Assembly: GCA_023334545.1 (NCBI GenBank) | Contig: JAADVB010000171.1 | Coordinates: forward strand, 1 to 41,552 | Reading direction: 5' to 3' | DNA length: 41,552 bases | Origin: Salisapilia sapeloensis CBS 127946 | Taxonomy: Eukaryota > Protista > Oomycota | Shown here: positions 22,729 through 33,321 of the stretch, piece by piece | Layout: each line of letters starts with the position of its first letter | How positions within the stretch are numbered: the first letter of the stretch is position 1 | The notes under the pieces: generated by a model | What the model was told of the DNA's origin: nothing | The model's database searches: none | What the model saw: only the letters and a program-made list of their open reading frames with translations | Translations under genes and position numbers: made by a program

Positions 22729-23280
22729 ATGGCTGTTGCAAGGCGACCGAAGAATAAAGTCAAGTACGCGAATCAGAAAGTGAAAGCGCAGGCTCCGGAT
22801 GACAAGGACAACCGCCGATGTCGGTATCCGAGCAAAGTGTGCTTAAACAATCGCGTGGAAAAACGCAATGGCGAACTGCACAATTTCTGTGAGTACCACC
22901 GCCAGAAGGCGAATGCGAATCAGCGTCGTATGGAGTCGCGCAGAAAGGAAGGGCAGCACTTGAAACCAAAGACGCCGTCGAGTCGACGAAGCAAGCGCGT
23001 GGCCAAGCAGCAGTCCACCAAGCTCCGTCGATCGAACAGTCTCGATGGATACTTGGACGATATGACTATTGAAACGCCAACCGAGACACCGCGATCGTTG
23101 CCACTGAGCTACTCGTGGACGGACGCTGACTCGAGTCTTGTGGTCGATGCTGCTGGTGACTTCATGCTGCCAGATACATCGATTGAGACCGAGCCATTTG
23201 ACTCGCCCATTGGCTTGTACGAAGAAGATCTATTCTTCCTCGACAGCTTTTTGGACGAAATGTATCCAGTACAAGTATAA
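22729..23280 (+). CDS. Small uncharacterised protein with a C-x7-C-x15-C-x2-H motif, a basic tract and an acidic C-terminus
   Basis: 183-aa ATG ORF: RCRYPSKVCLNNRVEKRNGELHNFCEYHRQKANANQRR, which I recall as a recurrent oomycete hypothetical-protein motif. Confidence 0.75.
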   Translation: MAVARRPKNKVKYANQKVKAQAPDDKDNRRCRYPSKVCLNNRVEKRNGELHNFCEYHRQKANANQRRMESRRKEGQHLKPKTPSSRRSKRVAKQQSTKLRRSNSLDGYLDDMTIETPTETPRSLPLSYSWTDADSSLVVDAAGDFMLPDTSIETEPFDSPIGLYEEDLFFLDSFLDEMYPVQV

Positions 23281-23497
23281 GCAAGGAGTGCACGATGGAG
23301 GCCCACTCCCCCACGTACCGAAGATACACATGTACACAAGAACCGAATTTCATAGATTGCTACCAGTAGATAGAAAAAGTAAGATGTACGAAAAAAAGAC
23401 GAATTTTTCACTTAGAACCACATGTTGAAGTGATACAGTACGCGTCACAGAATGTGGTACGTTGTAACGATTGGTTGAAATTGAAGTGGAACACCAA

Positions 23498-23511
23498 TGA
23501 TTGGCTGAAAA
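23498..23511 (+). promoter_or_regulatory. CCAAT box (TGATTGGCTGAAAA) upstream of WDR12
   Basis: Inverted CCAAT 44 nt before ATG 23556. The identical 14-mer lies upstream of DBP5. A second near-copy, CGATTGGTTGAAAT, is at 23468-23481. Confidence 0.6.
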
Positions 23512-23555
23512 GGACTCGTCGTCACCTCCAATAAATCGGACAACGAAATATCAAA

Positions 23556-24888
23556 ATGGACGAAGAAGAAGGACCGCAGGTACAGAGCTGCTTCTACGTT
23601 CTATCTCTACTTTTGTATACCTAAAATATGTTGCAAAAGGACTCATGTATCTACTCGTGTGCGATTTACCTAGGTTCGTGTGAAATTCGTGACACAAAAT
23701 GAGGCCATTCGAGTTACGGAGACGCCATTCGCCGTCCCGACTCGACTCAATCGCAAAGGTCTCTCTCAAATCGTCAACCATCTTCTGAACACGGAATCTC
23801 CTCGACCGTTCGACTTTCTCATTGAAAATCGATTCCTGCGATCGTCACTTGCCAAGTACTTGGAAGTGAATGAACTATCGGAAGAGACCCAATTGACACT
23901 CGAGTACGTGGAAGCCTTGAAGCCTCCGACGCCACAGTTCGAGAACAACCATCCGGACTGGGTCAGTGCAGTCGCTTCCTCTCCATCCTCGGAATTCGTA
24001 TTCACAGGGTCCTACGATGGTCACATTCGCATGTACAATGCCAGTGGCGAATGTCTCGCCACTTGTAAAGCTCACAACGCTCCGATCAAATCTCTAGACC
24101 TGTCCACCTCCGACAGCAAGGATCTAGTCCTCGTGTCCAGTGGTAAAGACCAGACTGGTCGAGTCTGGATCGTCAATGTCTTGGACAAGTCCATTTCTCC
24201 ATCCGCTGCCTTGTCCGGCCACCTCAATAGTGTCGATAGCATCGCTCTTAGTAGTCAAAACCAAATCGCATCTGGTAGCTGGGACAACACCGTCCGGTTA
24301 TGGGAGCTCCCATCCACGGACGTTGCGCCTCCAAGTGCCAAGAAGCGAAAGAGCAGTAAAGCAGTAGAAACGTTAGCCAACGTCGAGGCCGAGGCAGTGC
24401 TTGTGGGTCACACGAGCAACGTCACGGGCGTCTCGTTCCACCCGAAAGACTCGACTAAACTGTATTCCGTCTCGACAGATCGATCGGTCAAGATGTGGGA
24501 CCTCACGACCCACTTGGCAGCTCAGACCATGATTGGCTCTCGCGCCATCTCGTCTGTAAGCGTTCATGAGGACGGTCTCGTCCTCACTTCCCACCCGGAC
24601 CATTGCATCCGACTATGGGACCCGAGAGCTTCAGATGCTGGTGATCAGTTCGTCCAACGGACGTTCCAATCCCACAAGCAGTGGGTGTCGAAAGTCGAGT
24701 GGAAACCTAGTTCCTCCCTCTTCGCCTCGTCTTCCTACGACGGCAGTGTCAAAGTGTGGGACATGCGTAGTGCCGTGCCACTGCATACGATCGAAGCGCA
24801 CAAGGACAAGGCGTTGGACGTCACGTGGACGTCTTCTGGACTTGCGAGTGGAGGTAGTGATAGCCAACTAAAGCTTTTTTCCGTTTAA
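23556..24888 (+). CDS. WDR12: Ribosome biogenesis protein WDR12/YTM1; join(23556..23579, 23674..24888), 412 aa
   Basis: MDEEEGPQ|VRVKFVT across a 94-nt GT-AG intron. NLE/ubiquitin-like N-terminus (PFDFLIENRFLRSSL, LTLEYV), HPDWVSAV, and seven WD40 repeats including HKQWVSKVEW and SYDGSVKVWD. Confidence 0.93.
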
Positions 24889-24911
24889 AACGATACATTT
24901 CTCTTTCTTTC

Positions 24912-26493
24912 CTATTCCCACGACAAGAGTTTCTCCAGTGCTTCAATGTCATCAGCAGGAGCTTCGTCGATTGGTTTCTTGTAAAAGTCTTCAATCTCGG
25001 CCAGATCTTCCTTACTCTTTTGGTCGTGGACAAAGTTGATCGCACAGCCTTTGCGTCCAAAGCGTCCAGTACGTCCGATACGATGCAAGTACGTCTCAGC
25101 GTCCTATAGAAAAGTAAGTATGATAGTGATGAAAGATACGATGTAAAACGTACAGGACGACGGTCTCTCGTCAATGGAATGTCAAAGTTAACTACGAGCG
25201 AGACGCCAGCAACGTCAATGCCTCGCGCTAGGACGTTGGTCGTGATCAGAACATTCGTTGTCCCGGCGCGGAACTCGTCAATCACTTGGTCACGCACCTC
25301 TTTCGCCATGTCGGCACCGTGCAATATACCAACCGAGTGTCCGTCATCACGCATACGCTGCGTAAGTTTCTTAGCCGTGTCTCGTCGATCGACAAAGATG
25401 ACGCACTTGCCAATCGTGATGATGGCAAAGATGTCCGACAGGATCTTGTACTTGTTTTCGTCGGTCTTGCAGTCGATCCAGAATTGTTTGATCCCATCGA
25501 GGGTCAACTTTTCCTTACGAACGGTGATAATGTTATGATCCGGAACCATCTTCTGGGCGAATTCACGCACATCATCCGGATACGTCGCGGAGAAGAGGAG
25601 GAATTGACATTTGTTATCATCCAAAAATTTCTTAATCGCCTTCGACCGATCGCGCATACCGTCTTCAGACACCATGACGTCCGCTTCGTCCAAGACGAAG
25701 ATCTTGACTTCACGAACGTCCAATAACTTGCGCTTGATCATGTTCTCGACTTTTCCAGGTGTACCCACGACGATCTGAGCTTTCACCTTCTGCTTGGCCG
25801 GAATGTCATTGCCTGGAATGGCCAGGAACGTGTCGACACCAGTGTACTTGCCCATGGCTTGCACGACCGCCATGATCTGACGCACGAGTTCACGCGTGGG
25901 AGCGACGCAGAGAGCTTGCGGTACCTTCCTTTCCACGTCGACTCGGAAGAGCATACCGAGGACAAACGTTGCGGTCTTACCACTACCGCTCTGCGCTTGG
26001 CCGATCAGATTCTCAGGTGGGCTACATTTGCAATTAGTTTACAAAGATCGAATAGGATACGAAGACGATGCCTTACTTTTGCAAGATGAGAGGGAGGGAG
26101 ACGGATTGGATTTTCGATGGTTTGGAAAACTTCATCGCGTACACGCCTTTCAGCAGTTTCTCGGGACTAGCATACGTGTGAGCAGTCGTATCCAAAGGTT
26201 GTATGAACATAAATAATAGTGTACAGGCCTAGTTCCTCGAACGTGACGGCAGAATAGAGGTTGGAGTCTGGATTGTTCTGTAGAACGTCCAATTCCGCCT
26301 TGTAATCCTCATCATCTAGACCTTGGCCAAAGGCGAGAATGTCTTCGAGCGCGTCTGTGACTTGCTCGACGCTGTCGTTTTTAGCTTCTTCAGAATTCTT
26401 CTTTTCGGACGTATCTGGGGTAGCTTCCGTCGGGATCTCCTCCGGCTTTTCGTTCAGCACGTCCTCCATGGTCTTGCCCTCGGTCTCGCTCAT
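24912..26493 (-). CDS. DBP5: DEAD-box RNA helicase DBP5/DDX19 (mRNA export); join(26225..26493, 26077..26166, 25154..26021, 24912..25103), 472 aa
   Basis: Three GT-AG introns (58, 55 and 50 nt) restore FEELGL|[20 protein letters not shown]...N|[30 protein letters not shown] and P|[19 protein letters not shown]. Confidence 0.92.
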
Positions 26494-26536
26494 TTTGCTC
26501 GTTTTTAGATGCGTAGATGGTTGTCTGGGCGGTATC

Positions 26537-26550
26537 TTTTCAGCCAATCA
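26537..26550 (-). promoter_or_regulatory. CCAAT box (TGATTGGCTGAAAA) upstream of DBP5
   Basis: Exact 14-bp match to the WDR12 motif, 43 nt upstream of ATG 26493. Confidence 0.6.
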
Positions 26551-27483
26551 AGTTGGTAGTGTAGGTTATGTTGGACTGGGATTGATAGAATAGCGTCCTG
26601 GAAATGTATGCTTATTTTGGTATTTACCAAAGTATATAAGAACTTTTATTTATTGGGACAATGGTCATCTGGAAGAGGTATGGCCAGGTTACCACAAGCT
26701 TTTGAGCTTGTAGACGGCTGTATTGGTATTGTACCTGTACAACTTGGTTACTTTTGGTTACTTGGTTCAAAATATTTCTTATGCGATTGAATTGACTGCA
26801 TTGAAGACTGCATTGAAAGTTGCAAATACTATCCCTACTGTTTCGCCACTTCCGAGCGGCTAGATAGCCACGCTAGGCATATTGACACTGCAAACACATC
26901 TCTAAGCAATAGCTCTCTTTTTATTTGTCTTGTTCGAGCTTATCTAAACGACTCTGTTTGATTTCAAGTGAAAAGATATCCACATCAATCGTGACGACTT
27001 TCACTGTCCTCTGCCTGCTAACTTGAGCACCTTGTCACAATCAAGCTTCGTCGGTGTAAATCATCCCTACTTGAGAGGAGGATACCGGTGTTCAACCAGG
27101 CTCTGCTTGCAAACGTTGTAACCAAAGCCAACAAGCACCAATATATCCATATCAACAATGACCGAATGTACCTATCAGAAGAAAGTGATAAGCTAAAGAC
27201 GAAGATGGTACAGCAGCACAAATAATTTAAAGCCTAGGTCATGTCATGCACGCTGCAGCATGCATGCAGCACGAGTCGATCTCAAGCTATCTCTTCCGTC
27301 GTTTCACAGAAAGACCATTTTCAATCAAACCAATCAACATCTAGATCCAAAAATAAACTCTGTGGGATTGGTAAAAAAAAGTGAACCCATGTCTTAGTTT
27401 AATATACCCGTTTCGCTAGTCACTTTTTTCTCCACCCTGGAACTACTTTTCAGGATCATCCATTTTCACCCTCGAGCTCCCTC

Positions 27484-30018
27484 ATGGCGAATGAAGACAC
27501 CCCAGGCGACGACAGCTCCATAGCTCTGTCTCTCCGAAACACCTTCTTCGATACCTTCAATTCAACACCTGCAAATACCGCTTTAACACAAGACGTTGAC
27601 ATAATCTACGAAGACGATGGACCTCTTTTACTAGACCTGAATTCGAGAGCAGACTCGACAGGTGCATACGTCAAAGGATTTCGTCAGACGCAAGATGGCG
27701 ACATTGGAGCAGCAGAAGTTGATGGTCGAATCCATTCAGAAGACGAACTGTACGCTATCAACGATGAAATTGTGACGAATTGGGCGTTCATGGATATCAT
27801 TCAGCAAGCAAAGGAAGCCTCGTTTCCACGCAAGCTCACATTTCGTTGTAAAGTTTCCGATAAGAAGCAGTTAGAACCGCTTTCATTCGTTACGAGAGCA
27901 TCGTCCTGGTCTGTAAAGATGGGTCAAATGGCAAGTGAAGCTCGATTTAAACGAACTCCGTCTTTCGATCGAGGAAGTGAGAAAGAAGACGAGAGTATGG
28001 CAACTCCGACAAGTTCTCGAGGTGAACCGTCTAATGATGTCGGCACGCCTCCGTCTAAAAAGTCTCGAGATTCCATCTCTGCATTTGATAAAGTCCGAAT
28101 CTCAGGTGCAGATACGATGAAAAACCTGATTAAACGAATGCATGGAGGCAATCGTGATAATGTCGATAGAGAAACACTTGTGACATACATGGAGGACATG
28201 GACATTCGTATCGATATGGACAGAAACGACAATGAGACCGTCAGTAGTGAAACGGACGATGATGCAGACGACCAACAGGTACAGACTGGTGCTACCTTCA
28301 CCGTCGTAATCAACGGAAAACCATTGGAAGACGTCTTGGAGAATGATTTGAGCCAATTGCAGTGTGCGTGGTATCGATTTAAAGGGCAGGAAGATGGGGA
28401 AGACGTACAGCAGATCCAGCGTCTCTCATCTGGTCGATACGTTCCATCCGTAGATGACGTCGGCTCTAATCTCTCCGTCCAAGTCGCATCCACTCAGTTT
28501 CCACAAGTCAGCAAGTACATGTCATGTCCTCATACCATCGCACTCGATCCAACGGTACGAGAGATGGTCGATGTTCTGCAAGAAGCAGGCGTTGGCACGT
28601 TCTCTGCCACGCTTGCATCGAATGAACTCGAGAGTTTCCAGCTAAAAATCACATCCGAGTGCGTTCAATTGATTAAAATCACAGAAGGAGACGACGATGG
28701 AGGCATCGTCTCCAACTCGCTCTACCATCCGCATCTCCAAGTGCTTTTAGACCCAATGGATGACCGACAGTTCACGTTCAAAGTCCAGGCGTATGGTCCT
28801 ATCCTCGGAGCTGCCTCAGATGACATTTGTGACGTCCAGAATCGAGATCGATTAGCAAGTGTCTCTGCCTTCCAATTGCATGCTCCTAATCGACAGCATC
28901 GAGATATCTTGTCTTTACTTATCCGTCGCTTCCGAGGAAATGTATTGTCCGAGGAAGAGGAAGGGATGGCCTCTAGAGACGAATTAGGTTTGTATCTCGA
29001 CCCTGCGTACGACCCGACGAGCTCTGCATCGATAGTTAATGGAGTTGACAGCAGTCCATCCGAGTGGAAGGACGGTAGTGGCCAGTGGAGTGACTTGATG
29101 GAGACGGAGAGTGGGGAGACAACGGAAAGAGACCGTGCTTGGACGCTTGGACCGGAAGTAACTGTCCAGCAGTCGCAGACGAAGGAGATGTCTGTGCTTC
29201 GAGAGAAGCTTGCGTCCTTGTCTGTGCAACTGGCATCGGCTGAGATGGAACATAAGCAACTACAGCAGACGATCGATACGATGGATGAACGTGCTCAGAC
29301 GCAGGAGATGCGTGTGCAGGAGCTTGAACGGACATGTAAGCAGCTACGACATGAAAAGTCTGAGTTGGAAAAAGTGAAGGAGACGATGGAGGTAGAAATG
29401 GAGGATATGAAGGAGAAGTTGACGCCGTTAGAGCCTGTAGAGACAACGGAGGATAGTGCGCAGACAGAGTGGGCAGAAGAGGAAGTAAGTCGAGAGGAAC
29501 TCATGGTGACGATTGACAGGTTGGAGAGACTTGTGGAGAGGAAGGATGCTGATAAAGCTTCGATCGAGCAACGTCTTATCGACGTTACATCCGAAAGGAA
29601 TGCTCTAAAGCACCGGTCAGAGGAACTTGCAAAGGAATTAAAAGTAGTGGTGGGTCAGCATCGATCGGTTGATGACGTCGAAGCGCAATTGGCAGAACGG
29701 AACCACTTGGCAGCCCAATTGGCCATGGCAAGAGCTGATTTAAAGCAGACACAGGACGAGATGGAAGAGTACAAGGACGCGTATGAAGTGATGCGACGAG
29801 AGGAAGGTTTGGGTGAGAAACAAAAGAGTCGCAAGCGTTTATTTTCTCAGAACGTCGAGCTCCAGCGTGTCGTCCAGCAATTGACAGAGAGTTTGAACGA
29901 TACCAAGATCCAGCTATCTACTTCTCGAGACTTGAATCGAGCTTTGGCTGAAAAAGTACAAGCTGGTCATTGTGGTGATCAGACGCTACCATCAGATGAT
30001 GAAGATGAAGAAGAGTAA
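27484..30018 (+). CDS. PDZ domain + Ig-like/PH-like module + long coiled-coil protein
   Basis: 844 aa. PDZ-like GAYVKGF...GRIHSEDELYAIND...FPRKLTFR, Ig-like CAWYR...YVPSVDDVGSNLSVQV, PH-like C-terminal helix NRQHRDILSLLIRRF, then E/K/L heptad-rich coiled coil. Confidence 0.75.
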   Translation: MANEDTPGDDSSIALSLRNTFFDTFNSTPANTALTQDVDIIYEDDGPLLLDLNSRADSTGAYVKGFRQTQDGDIGAAEVDGRIHSEDELYAINDEIVTNWAFMDIIQQAKEASFPRKLTFRCKVSDKKQLEPLSFVTRASSWSVKMGQMASEARFKRTPSFDRGSEKEDESMATPTSSRGEPSNDVGTPPSKKSRDSISAFDKVRISGADTMKNLIKRMHGGNRDNVDRETLVTYMEDMDIRIDMDRNDNETVSSETDDDADDQQVQTGATFTVVINGKPLEDVLENDLSQLQCAWYRFKGQEDGEDVQQIQRLSSGRYVPSVDDVGSNLSVQVASTQFPQVSKYMSCPHTIALDPTVREMVDVLQEAGVGTFSATLASNELESFQLKITSECVQLIKITEGDDDGGIVSNSLYHPHLQVLLDPMDDRQFTFKVQAYGPILGAASDDICDVQNRDRLASVSAFQLHAPNRQHRDILSLLIRRFRGNVLSEEEEGMASRDELGLYLDPAYDPTSSASIVNGVDSSPSEWKDGSGQWSDLMETESGETTERDRAWTLGPEVTVQQSQTKEMSVLREKLASLSVQLASAEMEHKQLQQTIDTMDERAQTQEMRVQELERTCKQLRHEKSELEKVKETMEVEMEDMKEKLTPLEPVETTEDSAQTEWAEEEVSREELMVTIDRLERLVERKDADKASIEQRLIDVTSERNALKHRSEELAKELKVVVGQHRSVDDVEAQLAERNHLAAQLAMARADLKQTQDEMEEYKDAYEVMRREEGLGEKQKSRKRLFSQNVELQRVVQQLTESLNDTKIQLSTSRDLNRALAEKVQAGHCGDQTLPSDDEDEEE

Positions 30019-30212
30019 GAGAGGACTTGTATTTATATTTTTCTTTGACAATTGAAAATCCACTTTTATCTTGAAATTTGTATTGGAGCGTACCCACTTG
30101 TAACACCCAGAAAGAGCTTAAGGCGATCAAGTCCAAGAGCACTTGACCTCCGACGAGCTACTTTCATTAGAGCTGATACGCTGTACTTTGCTTTAGATAC
30201 CTGTAGGATAGA

Positions 30213-31685
30213 ATGATGCAATGGCTGTGGTGCATTTTGCTAGCGTCGATAAGACTGATGCACGTCACTGGTAACGATCATCATCCGATGCTGGAAACGG
30301 TCGAATCGTTCGAACAGAGCGTCCAATACGACTCACATGCGGCTGGACCGACGCGAGGGTCATTGCAAGCCAGATCAGACGCTATTGAACGCTCTCGACG
30401 GCTTGTAGAAAATCACAATGCACAGTATGAAGCAGGTCGAGCGTCTTATTACATGCGTTTGAATGCCATGGGGGACTTGTCATCTGACGAGTACAATCAG
30501 TTTCTCAAGTCCAGACCGTCCCACGTATCCAAACGACAGCTAGAAGACTTTTCATTGATAGGCAATAGTGTAGACATCCACGCCGGGACGGTCAATGGAT
30601 CCGTCAAGATAGAATCGATGGATGACCTGCCAAAGGAAGTGGACTGGCGCAAGATCCAGGACGGCAAGTACCTCTCTCCCATTAAAAACCAAGGTACTTG
30701 TGGTAGTTGCTGGGCTTTTGCAGGTGTGTCGGTGGTAGAAAGCCACTATGCAATCCAAGAGGACGTCCAGGCCCAGCCACTGAGCGTTGAGCAGGTCCTC
30801 AGTTGCTCAGCCCAACTGGACCACATCCGTTCCAAGCCAGCTTTGAACGTAAAGACGTCTTCCAGCGGATGTGAAGGAGGCATGGCATTCCTCACGTATG
30901 AATATATGAAACGTATGGATCCATACGGCATCGTCTGTGCATCCACCTATCCGTACATCATGGCGACAGACGTGTTCGAGACAGAGTGCCACGTCCCATC
31001 GGCAGATCAAACGGCCGTGCAGTGGGAACATAATAAAAGTGACTATGAAGTCGTACAAAGGTATAGTGAAGCAGCGTTGATGCGTGCCTTGGTCAAAGGT
31101 CCCGTATCCACCAACATTGATTCCGAGTCGGACGGCTTCCGTCTGTATGGAGGTGGCATCTACGACGCTAAGGACTGTGCGAGCGACGGAGATGAGATCA
31201 ATCACGCAGTCGTTCTCGTCGGGTATGGCGAGACCGACAAAGGCGAAAAGTACTGGGTCCTTCGCAATACATGGGGACCCATGTGGGGAGAAGATGGGTA
31301 CTTTCGAATGGTCCGAGGCGCTCCTTATCTCACCAAAAACGGACCTTGTAACCTATACAAGTACTCGACGTATCCTATCAACCTCCAGAGAGGTGGTGGG
31401 GGTGAAGAAATGTGTGCAGATGCAGTGGATGCCGATGCGTTCGTAAAGCTCGGCACACTCCGCCTAATCTCTTTCGGTATCATCCAGTGGGTTATACTAG
31501 TCGGAACCTCTGTCGTCGTTCTTATAGCTGGTATCACGTATGTCTTCTTTGCAGAGGAAAGTCGGAAGAAACGAGTCAAGACAGGAGACTTGACGAGAAG
31601 GGAACTGATGAAGATGTGGCAACTACCAACGAGAGAACAAGTGGCAGTCCACTTGGCACAGAGGAGACCAAAGCCTCCTGCGTAA
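30213..31685 (+). CDS. Papain-family (C1A) cysteine protease with signal peptide, I29-like propeptide and C-terminal transmembrane helix
   Basis: QGTCGSCWAF (Gln/Cys), INHAVVLVGYG (His), YWVLRNTWG (Asn), WGEDGYFR. Propeptide ENHN...YYMRLNAMGDLSSDEY. Hydrophobic IIQWVILVGTSVVVLIAGITYVFFA. Confidence 0.93.
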   Translation: MMQWLWCILLASIRLMHVTGNDHHPMLETVESFEQSVQYDSHAAGPTRGSLQARSDAIERSRRLVENHNAQYEAGRASYYMRLNAMGDLSSDEYNQFLKSRPSHVSKRQLEDFSLIGNSVDIHAGTVNGSVKIESMDDLPKEVDWRKIQDGKYLSPIKNQGTCGSCWAFAGVSVVESHYAIQEDVQAQPLSVEQVLSCSAQLDHIRSKPALNVKTSSSGCEGGMAFLTYEYMKRMDPYGIVCASTYPYIMATDVFETECHVPSADQTAVQWEHNKSDYEVVQRYSEAALMRALVKGPVSTNIDSESDGFRLYGGGIYDAKDCASDGDEINHAVVLVGYGETDKGEKYWVLRNTWGPMWGEDGYFRMVRGAPYLTKNGPCNLYKYSTYPINLQRGGGGEEMCADAVDADAFVKLGTLRLISFGIIQWVILVGTSVVVLIAGITYVFFAEESRKKRVKTGDLTRRELMKMWQLPTREQVAVHLAQRRPKPPA

Positions 31686-31729
31686 ACAATGTAACATACA
31701 ATTGGCTTTCAAACCTTTTCTTACGAATT

Positions 31730-33094
31730 CTACATGGCCATATCCGCGTTGCCGTTCGACGGAACGTAGTCTTCTTGGATCATCAGCGTATTATCCACCT
31801 TTTCCGAGATCTGACCGAGGCCAGAGTTAATCTCCGCCAGCTCCGGCATGACCTTCTCCCACTCACTCTCGACCTGTTTACTGTACTGGATCTGCATCTG
31901 GATGTAGTCGAGGATGATGCGCTTAAAGTCTGACAGCTTCTGACGCTGGAAACGCTCCACTTCTCTCAGCACACGCTCCGTCACGACATCAAACTCGAGC
32001 TTGGCATCATCTACACGCTGCTGGGCTTGCATCGCGTCCTCCTCGTTCTTGTGGACAGCACCTTGGCCGCCGTTCTTCCCCACGGCTTGCGTTTTGGCTT
32101 CTAAATCGGCCACAGCAGCAGCATAAGCTGCACGCACTTCGTTCCGCTTGTGCAAAGCAGCTTTGACTGCTCCGACGACGCGGATATAGTCGACAATCGG
32201 CTCTTCAAACTGCAGCGCTTCTTTCTCTGCGTGCTCCGCCGCCAAGGTCGCGAGTCTGTCGGAACAATCGCCGACGGTGGACAGTGCCAGATGGAGAGAA
32301 GCATTCGTGTCCTCTGCTTTGGCCAGCATGGAGCAGGCGACGCCCATTTCAAAGAGTCCATCGGCGATCTCTCGAGCACGTTTGCTCAGACCGCTTGCGT
32401 GACGGTGAAGACCTGACATGATGGGCTCGAGACCATCGATATACGCCATAACCTCCTCCACGTCCTTATCTGCTTGTGTCTTCTCGAGGTTTCCACCGGA
32501 CGACGTGAAGGCTGCAGCGCCTAGTGTCGAGGAAATGGAACTGACAGTCTCATCCAGCCATTGGAAGAGAGCTCCAGATGGAGTAGTACCGTTCTGAGGA
32601 TCCGACCGGAAGGACTGAAAGGCTTCGTCGGATGCTTCGAGGAATGTGGTCAAGTGGTCCGAGTGTTGGAGCTCTGGGTGGTGACCACAGCGCTGGAGGA
32701 AGAGCTGGAGAGCTCGACGTCGAGACTCGATGAATTCAGGAGAGAAGCGACCGACGAGGAGCTTTTCCGGTAAGGGAGGGACGACGACGCCTGGGAAGCG
32801 GGACTGGAGGCAGCTGTGGAGCCAGACAAAGTCATTATATCGGCGGATGACGGAGAAACTGCTGCGTGCGAATTGAGGACGGTCGGTCGTCGTGGAGATC
32901 TTGTACGAAATGTAGGCGTTCATGCCTTCTCCCTGCTTGGACGGCTCATTCACCGTGACATGGAGCTGACCCGAAGCGCCGTCTTGCGAGACGTTTTGGG
33001 ATGCGAATAGAGAATTCGAGGCTCCCAACTCACCACGCATGTTCGTCCGGTCTTCCGACGAGTCTACATTCACCCATTTACCGTTGCGCGCCAT
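31730..33094 (-). CDS. PX-BAR sorting nexin (SNX1/SNX2/Vps5-like)
   Basis: PX domain (VTVNEP...AYISYKI...RRYNDFVWL...PPLPEK...IESRRRALQLFL) followed by a BAR coiled-coil region. Confidence 0.92.
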   Translation of the reverse strand: MARNGKWVNVDSSEDRTNMRGELGASNSLFASQNVSQDGASGQLHVTVNEPSKQGEGMNAYISYKISTTTDRPQFARSSFSVIRRYNDFVWLHSCLQSRFPGVVVPPLPEKLLVGRFSPEFIESRRRALQLFLQRCGHHPELQHSDHLTTFLEASDEAFQSFRSDPQNGTTPSGALFQWLDETVSSISSTLGAAAFTSSGGNLEKTQADKDVEEVMAYIDGLEPIMSGLHRHASGLSKRAREIADGLFEMGVACSMLAKAEDTNASLHLALSTVGDCSDRLATLAAEHAEKEALQFEEPIVDYIRVVGAVKAALHKRNEVRAAYAAAVADLEAKTQAVGKNGGQGAVHKNEEDAMQAQQRVDDAKLEFDVVTERVLREVERFQRQKLSDFKRIILDYIQMQIQYSKQVESEWEKVMPELAEINSGLGQISEKVDNTLMIQEDYVPSNGNADMAM

Positions 33095-33321
33095 GATCGA
33101 AAGACGTATGCGGCCGTCCGAGATACTGGTCTCGATTATGATCGAGCAAGCTTCTTCTTCGTGCTTGTACCGCTACTGTACTGGATGATATTTTCCGAAA
33201 TACGACTAGCATAGATGCAAACAGATAAAAGTTGAGGTAATTTAAAAAGACACGGACAAGACATCCTGAAACGCTCTTTGGTACACTCGTGGTCGAGTGA
33301 TTAGCCGGTCCTCCCTACAAG

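Noticed and set aside
24821-25954. 377-aa ORF apparently overlapping the WDR12 3' end
   Set aside because: It is DBP5 exon 3 read through intron 3. Correct splicing ends DBP5 at 24912, so there is no coding overlap.
26494-26547. MAEKIPP N-terminal extension of DBP5
   Set aside because: The start is TTG and lies inside the CCAAT box. ATG 26493 has a good AAAATG context.
26794-26817. 12-bp tandem duplication GACTGCATTGAA x2
   Set aside because: Two-unit slippage repeat in intergenic DNA; not a CRISPR array and no functional evidence.
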